The translations under genes were made by a program, and so were the position numbers. Below, piece by piece: positions 28,910 through 36,859 of a DNA stretch of 64,000 bases. The notes beneath the pieces are model-generated. The model did no database searches, was not told where the DNA came from, and saw only the letters and a list, made by a program, of their open reading frames with translations. This stretch comes from Spirochaetia bacterium. Lineage in GTDB: Bacteria > Spirochaetota > Spirochaetia > DSM-2461. The DNA is taken from contig OY764216.1 in the NCBI GenBank assembly GCA_963668315.1, positions 608,001-672,000 on the forward strand, read 5' to 3'. How positions within the stretch are numbered: the first letter of the stretch is position 1; each line of letters starts with the position of its first letter.

Positions 28910-30895
28910 TTACACGTTTCTGGCGATCTCATAGGCATCGGAGATAACAGTCCGGATATTGCCGATACCCGCACCGTCTCCTACCTCGAAAACCTCAATT
29001 CCCGTGTACATAAGGTCTTCTCTCATGGAAGGATTCGGCCGTAACCCTATACAGCTGACGACACTGTCCGCCGCTATGGTGATAAGCTTCCCCTCCATAT
29101 CTTCGATCACAGCGCCCTCGTCATTAATGGCTTTGATTCTGTGGGATGTTTTGATATCGACTTTATAGTGATCAAGAAGATCGCGCAGCATCAAGTTAAC
29201 CGGCTGGGGAATACCGCCGTTGGAAAGAATATCGGGAAGGGCTTCCACAATGGTAACTTTCTTATTTTCATAAGCCGCCAGGTCATAGGCCATTTCCGAG
29301 CCGGTAAGTCCTCCGCCTACGACAACCACATTCTCTCCAAGCTCCTTCGTTCCCATCAGAGCGTCCCAGGCTACGATTGATTTGGCATGATCCCATCCTT
29401 CCACGAATTTGGGAACAAAGTGATAGGAGCCCACGGCCAGAATAGCCGTATCGCAGCCGCTCTTTTTGATATCCTCTGGGGTAATTTTGGTATTCAGATG
29501 AACGGGAACACCCAGCTCCTCAAGCTCTTTCTTATACCATTTATACAGTCTGTTGATACCCAGTTTGAAGGGGTGGTTGCTTCCTTCTATCAGGTGGCCG
29601 CCCAGGGCATCGGTGGCTTCATAAAGCTCAACCTCATGTCCCCTGAGTCTGGCGGTACGGGCGGCCTCCATTCCGGCGGCGCCTCCTCCGACGACCATGA
29701 TCTTTTTCTTCTTCAGGACAGGAGTCGCATTATAGCTGAATTCCTGTGTCACATTGGGATTAACGGAACACTGGATGGAACCCATGGCAAAGAGCGACCG
29801 GATACAGTTCTGGCAGGAAATACAGGGACGGATCTTCTCGGGAATCCCCATCTCCAGTTTCTTGGCAAAGTAGGGATCGACAAGAGACCCGCGGCCGATG
29901 GCCACACCGTCCGTATCACCGTTGCCCACGGCCTCTTCGGCCACATCGGGATCATCCATCTTACCGGCGATAAAAACGGGAATATTGACCGCTTCCTTGA
30001 CTTTTCTGGAAAGCTCCAGGTTGTAACCGTAGGGCTGGTAATAGGGAGGGCAGGCGTAGTAAAAGGAGTCGTAGGTACCGGAGTTGCAGTTTAGCATATC
30101 GTAACCGTAGGATTCCAGCTTCTTCGCGATTTCCACCGCATCCTCGATGGTCCGGCCGATCTCTTCCTCGCCGAAAAGAGAAGGCTGATTATAGCCTTTC
30201 ATGAACCACTTCAGCCCCATTCTCATGGAAACGGGAAAATCTTCGCCGCACTCTTTCTTGATTCCCTCGACAATTTCTCTGGCGAATCTCAGCCGTCCGT
30301 CCAGGTCACCGCCGTATTCATCGGTTCTCTTGTTCGTCAGAGTCTGGGCAAACTGGTCAAGCAGGTAGCCCCAGTGCATGGCATGGACCTCAACACCGTC
30401 GAATCCGCACTCCTTGGCAAATTTAGCCGATTTGATCTCCTCGTCGATTTTATGCCTGATCTCCTCTTTGGTGAGCTCAGTCAAAATCAGCTTGGGATTA
30501 TTCAGATAAGGGAGGGGCGAAGGAGTTTTCTCCGTTCTCATCCTGCCGTGACCTGTGGAAAGCTGAATGAAGACCTTGGTTCCGTAAGAGTGGACCCGGT
30601 CGAGCATATTGGCGGCGGCATTCTTGAAATGCTTGGGCGCGTATAGGGGAGAGATCTGATCGTCCTTGGGATCTTTGAAGTCAACGTACATATCGCTGGG
30701 AATTCCGCCCAAAGTGATCAGGCCGAAACCGCCGCGGGCACGTTCGCAAAGATAATCCACCATGTTAAAGGTATAATCTCCCTTTTCCCCGTAAAGAAGG
30801 AAAAAGGAACCCAGCGGGGATACCTCGAGCCTGTTTTTCACCGTCAACTTATTAATCTGCAAAGGAGACATAAGATGGGGGTATGTTTTATTCAT
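28910..30895 (-). CDS. NADH:flavin oxidoreductase, OYE family with 4Fe-4S and FAD domains (2-enoate reductase/BaiCD-like)
   Basis: ERARGGFGLI, GFDGVEVHAMHWGYLLDQF, NKRTDEYGG, RPCISCQNC-x11-CSVNP, VVGGGAAGMEAA, VVVGGGLTGSE. Confidence 0.93.
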   Translation of the reverse strand: MNKTYPHLMSPLQINKLTVKNRLEVSPLGSFFLLYGEKGDYTFNMVDYLCERARGGFGLITLGGIPSDMYVDFKDPKDDQISPLYAPKHFKNAAANMLDRVHSYGTKVFIQLSTGHGRMRTEKTPSPLPYLNNPKLILTELTKEEIRHKIDEEIKSAKFAKECGFDGVEVHAMHWGYLLDQFAQTLTNKRTDEYGGDLDGRLRFAREIVEGIKKECGEDFPVSMRMGLKWFMKGYNQPSLFGEEEIGRTIEDAVEIAKKLESYGYDMLNCNSGTYDSFYYACPPYYQPYGYNLELSRKVKEAVNIPVFIAGKMDDPDVAEEAVGNGDTDGVAIGRGSLVDPYFAKKLEMGIPEKIRPCISCQNCIRSLFAMGSIQCSVNPNVTQEFSYNATPVLKKKKIMVVGGGAAGMEAARTARLRGHEVELYEATDALGGHLIEGSNHPFKLGINRLYKWYKKELEELGVPVHLNTKITPEDIKKSGCDTAILAVGSYHFVPKFVEGWDHAKSIVAWDALMGTKELGENVVVVGGGLTGSEMAYDLAAYENKKVTIVEALPDILSNGGIPQPVNLMLRDLLDHYKVDIKTSHRIKAINDEGAVIEDMEGKLITIAADSVVSCIGLRPNPSMREDLMYTGIEVFEVGDGAGIGNIRTVISDAYEIARNV

Positions 30896-30985
30896 TATTT
30901 ACTCCAGAATAGAATTGAGCTTCTTCTATCGAATCCATAATTTTTTTATCGATAATAATATACAATATAATATTAGTTATTTAAA

Positions 30986-31022
30986 ATATTTCTTTTATAT
31001 GGGAACGATCGAAAATTTGTAT
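30986..31022 (-). promoter_or_regulatory. Putative LysR binding sites in the divergent OYE/lysR promoter
   Basis: Minus strand ATACAAATTTTCGAT-CGTTCCC-ATATAAAAGAAATAT: two T-N11-A boxes spaced by 7 bp. Confidence 0.6.
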
Positions 31023-31110
31023 AATGCATTTTTACCGGTAAACTTGACACGCTCCTTGCAATCCTGAAGGAAAACCGTTTAAATAGAGCAAACGAAAAAA
31101 CGAGAGCGCC

Positions 31111-32007
31111 ATGACCTTACAACAGTTAAAATACTTTATCGAAATATCCAATACACAGAAATTCACATCCGCCGCCCAGAATCTCTATGTGGCCCAGTCC
31201 AGCTTAAGCTACGCCATACACGAACTGGAATACGAGCTGGGCGTTCCTCTTTTCGCCCGCAACCTTAAAAAGCCCGTTACCCTTACCGAATACGGAGAAA
31301 GGTTCCTTCCCTACGCCCGGAACATTCTGAATCTGATAGAAGAGGGGGCCGAAGAATTAAAAAGCATGAACGACCCCCTGTCCGGTACGGTCAAAATGGG
31401 TTTTTTCTACTGCGTTGCCAATTCCGAGATCCCCCATATTTTCAGAAGATTCTACGACGATAATCCCGATTGCAATATCTTCCTCGATTTCGACGTCAAC
31501 CAGGGCTCCGGCAGCATTGACGATCAGCTTCTACTGGGAAAGTACGATCTGATCATCGCCACATCCGAATCGATTAAGGACTGCGAATGTGAAAAAATCG
31601 GCCAGCAGAAACTCAAACTGATCGCGGCCAACAACAATCCCCTGTCCCAAAAGGAAAAAGTGACCCTGTCCGATATTGAGGGAGAGTCCCTTCTGGGAAT
31701 CAACCCCAACTCGAATCTGGATAAATGGATAAGGGAAATGTACAACCACGACGGCCTGAAAACGGATATCACCTACTGTCCGGATTGGATCACCCAGTTC
31801 GGATACGTTGCCATGAACTACGGCGTGGCCGTATCGCCCAGCATGCCCATGTATAAGGACTACACGGTTGAGCTGGAGCTGGACCACCCCATGATCTGGC
31901 GCGATCTCCACCTGTTCTGGCCGAAAAACCGCAAGCTGACCCGGGCCACCGAATTCGTAAGGGACTACATCATCAAGCTGACCTCAAAGGAAAGCCTGAC
32001 GAATTAA
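31111..32007 (+). CDS. LysR-family transcriptional regulator
   Basis: MTLQQLKYF...FTSAAQNLYVAQSSLSYAIHELEYELGVPLFAR; 298 aa. Confidence 0.95.
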   Translation: MTLQQLKYFIEISNTQKFTSAAQNLYVAQSSLSYAIHELEYELGVPLFARNLKKPVTLTEYGERFLPYARNILNLIEEGAEELKSMNDPLSGTVKMGFFYCVANSEIPHIFRRFYDDNPDCNIFLDFDVNQGSGSIDDQLLLGKYDLIIATSESIKDCECEKIGQQKLKLIAANNNPLSQKEKVTLSDIEGESLLGINPNSNLDKWIREMYNHDGLKTDITYCPDWITQFGYVAMNYGVAVSPSMPMYKDYTVELELDHPMIWRDLHLFWPKNRKLTRATEFVRDYIIKLTSKESLTN

Positions 32008-32028
32008 CACATGGCGGCCCGCCGGCGA

Positions 32029-33195
32029 TTAATAAGCCAGCTCCAGAAGGGACAGCAGTTCACTTTCACTCCTTACAGGCTTAAACCACATCGCGGAATT
32101 GGACACAGGATAAAACTCATGGGCCATCCCGGCCAGAGCCTCCCGGGGAATCTCCCCCTTCAGCTCGGAAATTCTGGCAGGCAGTTCCAACTCCCGAATA
32201 AAGCTTTCGTAGGCTTCTATCGCCATCACCGCCACGGTATAGTCGTCCCGGACCGACCGGATATCCCATACTTCCCTTCCCCACCGGGCGAAACGGTTCG
32301 CCGTTTTATCTGACAAGGCGAACTTGAACCACGCAAGGGAAACAATGGCAATACCGGCGCCGTGGGCGATATCGTAATGGGCGCTCAGAACATGCTCGAG
32401 CGAGTGGATATTCCCCACAAAACTGCGCCCGCAATCGGACAGATGAGTAATGGACAGGGCCGAACTGGCCATAAGCTGCGCCCGGGAATCGTAATCGTCA
32501 GGGCAGGTCATTACCTTTCTTCCGTGCTGCACGCAGGTTCGGTTCACACTCTCCGCCAGGCCATCCTGCAAAGAACCGACGCTATGGCTGAAATATCCCT
32601 CAAAGGAGTGGCACATGATATCCACGATACCGCAGGAGGTTTGAAATTTCGGAAGAGAAAAGGTATAGGCCGGATCGATAATCGCCGCTTTCGGCCTCTG
32701 TACGTCATGGCGGTAGTGAAGCTTCTTCTTCAGATCCATATTGCTGATAACCGAGACGTTGGAAACCTCGGAACCGCTGGCCGCCACGGTGGGAATGGAA
32801 ATAATGGGAACAGCCCTTTCCGCCTCATCCTTTCCCTCATACAGCTCCCAGGCATCGCCGGCAAGATAAAACCCCATGGCAATCGCCTTGGCACAGTCGA
32901 TAATACTGCCGCCCCCCGCCGCTACGATCGTATCCGCTCCGCTCTGACGAAGCAAATCCACCCCCCGGGTAACCGTCGTATGCCTCGGATTAGGCTCGAC
33001 ACCGGTAAACTCCGTAACCTCTATATTGTTAGCGCGGCACTGTTCCATAACGTCATCATAGACACCATTCATTTTCGCCGAACGGGCGCCATACATAAAA
33101 AAGATATGATTCCCCTCGATCTCAGAAGGCAGAACTTTTACCTTCCCCTTTCCAAAATGAATCTTCGTCGCTACATTGAAATAAAAATCTTCCAT
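32029..33195 (-). CDS. Iron-containing alcohol dehydrogenase (butanol dehydrogenase/YqhD-like)
   Basis: TKIHFGKG, GVEPNP, GGGSIIDCAKA, PTVAASGSE, DIMCHSFE, HSLEHVLSAHYDIAHGAG. Confidence 0.92.
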   Translation of the reverse strand: MEDFYFNVATKIHFGKGKVKVLPSEIEGNHIFFMYGARSAKMNGVYDDVMEQCRANNIEVTEFTGVEPNPRHTTVTRGVDLLRQSGADTIVAAGGGSIIDCAKAIAMGFYLAGDAWELYEGKDEAERAVPIISIPTVAASGSEVSNVSVISNMDLKKKLHYRHDVQRPKAAIIDPAYTFSLPKFQTSCGIVDIMCHSFEGYFSHSVGSLQDGLAESVNRTCVQHGRKVMTCPDDYDSRAQLMASSALSITHLSDCGRSFVGNIHSLEHVLSAHYDIAHGAGIAIVSLAWFKFALSDKTANRFARWGREVWDIRSVRDDYTVAVMAIEAYESFIRELELPARISELKGEIPREALAGMAHEFYPVSNSAMWFKPVRSESELLSLLELAY

Positions 33196-33281
33196 ATATT
33201 ACCGGATACCACGCCAGGATACCTGTCTCCTTTCCAAATTAGGTCAAAACATAATCTAGCATAATTTCAAAAGCCCGATAA

Positions 33282-33318
33282 ATATAATTTTTTGATAGGG
33301 TCAATCCCCTCTCTCTAT
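33282..33318 (-). promoter_or_regulatory. Putative LysR binding sites upstream of the second Fe-ADH
   Basis: Minus strand ATAGAGAGAGGGGAT-TGACCCT-ATCAAAAAATTATAT (15-7-15). Confidence 0.55.
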
Positions 33319-33330
33319 GACAAACACCCA

Positions 33331-33616
33331 ACAACCACGAAGAACCCCAAACCTCAGCTCCCCCCGCTTACTCCGCGAAAGCTCCTAAACGCCAAGCAAA
33401 ACAGCCCCAACCCTTCGCGCCCTTCGCGATTTTCGTGGTAAACTTCTCATATCCTATCCACAACCCCTCACAACCACGAAGCACGCGAAGCACGCGAAAC
33501 CCGCTAATAATAAACTCCAGCCGCTCTCGGCTCAGAAGTACCCCAAACCTCAGCTCCCTCCGCTTACTCTGCGAGAGCTCTTCCCTCTTAGCGCCCTTCG
33601 CGATTTTCGTGGTAAA
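33331..33616. repeat. Two tandem REP/MITE-like units (33331-33442 and 33470-33616)
   Basis: Each unit starts ACAACCACGAAG, shares a 41-bp core (38/41 identical) and ends with an identical 26-bp GCGCCCTTCGCGATTTTCGTGGTAAA. Ends ACCACGAA/TTCGTGGT are inverted repeats. Confidence 0.8.
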
Positions 33617-33646
33617 ATTCTTTTCTTTACGCTTCCCGGGCTCGCC

Positions 33647-34204
33647 CTACCCTTTAATCAGCTGCAGAAACTCCTCCCGGGTCGCCCGGTTCTTCTGAAA
33701 AGCCCCCAGCATGCTCGACGTCGTCATCAGGGAGTTCTGCTTCTCCACCCCCCGCATCATCATGCACATATGCTTGCACTCCATAACCACGCCGACCCCC
33801 ACCGGGTCCACCGTATCCATCACCGCCCGGGCGATCTGCGCCGTCAGCCGCTCCTGAATCTGCAGCCTCCGCGCATACATATCGGCGATCCGGGCCATCT
33901 TGCTCACCCCGATCACCTTGTCCCGCGAGATATACCCCACGTGGCACTTCCCGTAAAAGGGCAGCATATGGTGCTCGCACAAACTGTACACTTCGATGTC
34001 TTTCACGATGACCATATTGTTCGCCTCAGACGTAAATACCGCCCCGTTAACAACTTCCTCCAGAGACTCCCCGTACCCTTTGGTCAGAAAATCCCAGGAT
34101 TTTGCCGTCCTCTCCGGCGTGTTCAGAAGCCCCTCCCGCTCCGGGTTCTCACCCAGCTCGATCAGCAATTCTCTCATCAGCGCTTCTACTCTGTCACGAT
34201 TCAT
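33647..34204 (-). CDS. folE: GTP cyclohydrolase I
   Basis: [49 protein letters not shown]. Start at ATG 34204 with GGAGG 6 nt upstream. Confidence 0.96.
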   Translation of the reverse strand: MNRDRVEALMRELLIELGENPEREGLLNTPERTAKSWDFLTKGYGESLEEVVNGAVFTSEANNMVIVKDIEVYSLCEHHMLPFYGKCHVGYISRDKVIGVSKMARIADMYARRLQIQERLTAQIARAVMDTVDPVGVGVVMECKHMCMMMRGVEKQNSLMTTSSMLGAFQKNRATREEFLQLIKG

Positions 34205-34388
34205 GGTCATCCTCCGAAAACCACAATATAGCGTTTTTATCCCGATTTGGGCACCCCCCGCCTCCTGCCTGGTCGGCAGAAAACGGGGCCGGGCTGTCCG
34301 CTCGAAGGGCTTCTCCCCGGCTCTCCTCAGGCGCCGCTCCGCTCTGCCTGCCGCCGGGCGCCCTAACCGCTTCCATCCCTGGCGCATT

Positions 34389-34424
34389 TGGGATTTTCCC
34401 CATTTCCCGATAGGATTTCCCCCA
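34389..34424 (+). promoter_or_regulatory. Putative enhancer (UAS) pair for a sigma54 activator
   Basis: TGGGATTTTCCCCA and TAGGATTTCCCCCA, 22 bp apart, about 65-100 bp upstream of the -24 element. Confidence 0.5.
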
Positions 34425-34486
34425 AATACTTCATGAAAACCCGTAAAAATCCATCCCGATGGTCCCTTCTTCCCCCTTTTTCCCGC

Positions 34487-34503
34487 TTGGCACACCCCTT
34501 GCA
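34487..34503 (+). promoter_or_regulatory. Sigma54 -24/-12 promoter of pspA
   Basis: TTGGCACACCCCTTGCA = TGGCAC-N5-TTGCA with exact GG-N10-GC spacing. Confidence 0.85.
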
Positions 34504-34579
34504 ATACAGTGAGTAAGTGCAGCACACCAATCAAGAGTCAAAGGGACCGGCCATACAGCCCGCTCCCAAGGAGGATGAC

Positions 34580-35263
34580 ATGGGAACGGTGAGACGTTTC
34601 AAAGACATAGTGAATTCCAATTTCAACGCCATGCTCGACAAGGCGGAAGATCCGGAAAAAATGGTAAAACTGATGATGCAGGAGATGGACGACAACCTGG
34701 TAATCCTTAAAAGATCTTGCTCGGACAAAGTCGCCCAGCGGGTCATGTTGACCAAAGAGATCGAAGTCCTGACCGAAAAGATCACTTCATGGCAGGACCG
34801 GGCCGCCCTGGCCGTCGCCAAGGGTAAGGATGAACTGGCAAAAGAAGCCATTCAGGCCAGACAGAGCTGTGAAAACGAGAAGGATTACCGGGAAAAGGAC
34901 CTCGAACATCTGGGCCGTCTTCTGGAAGAAACGAAAAACCAGATCGCCGCGGTAGAAGCCAAACTGGAAGAAGTTCAGCAGAAGTACCGCCTTCTCATAC
35001 AGCGCGGTGTCCATGCGGCGGAGAAAAAAAGGGTCGGTCAGGTGATGGACAGGGCTTCCGGCACCGATGTGCTGACCCGTTTCGACCAGTTGGAAAACCG
35101 TATAGAAAGAATGGAAGCCGAAGCCGAATTGAGCGGACGGGCCAAGGCCGGCTCCTTCGACAAGGATTTCGTGGATCTGGAAAGGGAAGCCAAAGTGGAA
35201 GAAGAACTGGCTGCCCTGAAGAAGACGGTAAAGCCCGAAAAGTCCCCTAAAGAGGAGTCCTGA
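34580..35263 (+). CDS. pspA: Phage shock protein A (PspA/IM30 family)
   Basis: MG..RRFKDIVNSNFNAMLDKAEDPEKMVKLMMQEM, coiled coil, RFDQLENRIERMEAEAE; RBS AAGGAGG before ATG 34580. Confidence 0.93.
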   Translation: MGTVRRFKDIVNSNFNAMLDKAEDPEKMVKLMMQEMDDNLVILKRSCSDKVAQRVMLTKEIEVLTEKITSWQDRAALAVAKGKDELAKEAIQARQSCENEKDYREKDLEHLGRLLEETKNQIAAVEAKLEEVQQKYRLLIQRGVHAAEKKRVGQVMDRASGTDVLTRFDQLENRIERMEAEAELSGRAKAGSFDKDFVDLEREAKVEEELAALKKTVKPEKSPKEES

Positions 35264-35293
35264 CAGGCTTAAGAAATCTCCCCGGTAATGTTT

Positions 35294-35336
35294 CGGGCCG
35301 GACCTGAGATTCACCCTCAGGCCCGGTCCGTTTTTT
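35294..35336 (+). terminator. Intrinsic terminator after pspA
   Basis: CGGGCCGGACCTGAG/CTCAGGCCCGGTCCG imperfect stem followed by TTTTTT. Confidence 0.75.
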
Positions 35337-36702
35337 ATAGGGGGGTAAACCGGATCTCCCGGCTGTTCCCCCCTTCCGAACTCTGTCTGTAATCGCCTTT
35401 AATCTGTTTGCACAGCAGGTTGACAATCATCATGCCAAAGCCTTTCTGATCCTGTCCGTCACCCCTGTTCTCCATGGGATGCCCGTCATCCTTCAGCATA
35501 AGAATGACCTGATTTCCCTCTTTCCTGCCGGTAAAGACAACCTCTCCCCGGGCATCTCCGGGATAACCGTATTTAAAGATATTCGTAAATAACTCTTCCA
35601 CGATGACGCCGAGAGGAAAGAGGTACTTCTCTTCCAGAACAATACTTTCCATATTCAGCGAAATAGACAGCTTCCCCATCTCCGGATATATATCCAGAAG
35701 GGAATTGATGATTCCGGAGAAATAGGTTTCCACGGATATCCCTTCGTATCCGCTGGTTTCCAGAAGCTTATTATACAAAAGCCCGATACATCTCACCCGG
35801 CTTACCGCCTCGTTGAGAACGCTCTGAACCTCGCCCTTGCCGCTTATCCTGGCCTGGAGAGAGAGAAGATTCGCCACGGTAGCCAGATTGTTTTTTATCC
35901 TGTGGTGCATCGCCTTGACCACAAGCTCATCCTTTTCCAGCTGTTCCCGCAGCAGCTTTTCCGCGACCTTCCTCTCATGGATATCCCGGGCGATACTCAA
36001 AACAGCCAGTTCCCCGTGATACCGGATAATACTGGAGGAGATCTCCACGGGAATCTCGGTCCCGTCTCTGGCGACATGAATTGTTTCAAAGACCTGGATT
36101 TTATCCTCTTTCAGGCTGACAATGATCCGGGTGATATCTCCCCGAGTCAGCTTCCCGTCAATGCCAAAGAGTCCTTTGGCAAACAGTTCGCTGCGGCTGT
36201 AACCCAGCATTTTCTCGGCGATTTTATTGACGTCAATAATATGGCCCTGGAAGTCTATCACCCAGACGGATTCATTCATTCCGTCCAGCAGCTCCTTATA
36301 GGTTTCTTCGGCCAGCCGGGAGGACACTTCATCGGAAATCCCTTCCCCGCGCCGAGAGTCCAGATCCTTTAATGTCCTCTTGACCGTATTCAGAATAACC
36401 CAGTCACTGGAAGATTCATCAAGAACTCCACAGATATATTCTCCCGACGGCTCCTCTTCCGGAGGCGGATCGGGCAGTATGAAAAGAACCGGTATTTCAT
36501 ATTGAAAGGGAATAAGGGTCCTTACCTCTTCCGTATACCGTGAGATAAGAAATGAAACAGAATCATCCCATCGGCAGCCGGAAAGAGGCTCATCCCGGAT
36601 TTTGCTTACATGAAAAGACTTGCCCGCGAGCAGCCGTTCATATCTATCAATTACGTCGGAACCGTCTTCATAAATCAGGATTTTTCTGCTGTTTTTTTTC
36701 AT
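35335..36702 (-). CDS. Cytoplasmic PAS-domain histidine kinase (HisKA_2 type) with a degenerate N-terminal receiver-like domain
   Basis: PAS VNKIAEKMLGYSRSEL...ARDIHERK; H-box MHHRIKNNL; EELFTNIFKYG, DDG, GFGM. Start set at MKKNSRKILIYED. Confidence 0.85.
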   Translation of the reverse strand: MKKNSRKILIYEDGSDVIDRYERLLAGKSFHVSKIRDEPLSGCRWDDSVSFLISRYTEEVRTLIPFQYEIPVLFILPDPPPEEEPSGEYICGVLDESSSDWVILNTVKRTLKDLDSRRGEGISDEVSSRLAEETYKELLDGMNESVWVIDFQGHIIDVNKIAEKMLGYSRSELFAKGLFGIDGKLTRGDITRIIVSLKEDKIQVFETIHVARDGTEIPVEISSSIIRYHGELAVLSIARDIHERKVAEKLLREQLEKDELVVKAMHHRIKNNLATVANLLSLQARISGKGEVQSVLNEAVSRVRCIGLLYNKLLETSGYEGISVETYFSGIINSLLDIYPEMGKLSISLNMESIVLEEKYLFPLGVIVEELFTNIFKYGYPGDARGEVVFTGRKEGNQVILMLKDDGHPMENRGDGQDQKGFGMMIVNLLCKQIKGDYRQSSEGGNSREIRFTPL

Positions 36703-36859
36703 AAATGATTTTTCCCGTATAATTGTTATAGTATAGTGGCGAAACGGGGTAAATACAAATAATTCTCCCCTAACATTTTTGTAATATTCGGGTAAGAGAA
36801 AAGAAAGGTTCATCCCCTATATTGTTTACATAAGATGTATGAAAAATGGAGGTTACGTA

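Noticed and set aside
33331..33616. CRISPR array
   Set aside because: Only two modular units, irregular spacing and no cas genes.
34205..34534. 110-aa N-terminal extension of folE, or a folate/preQ1-type riboswitch
   Set aside because: The extension crosses the pspA promoter and a good RBS precedes ATG 34204; I could not identify any riboswitch consensus.
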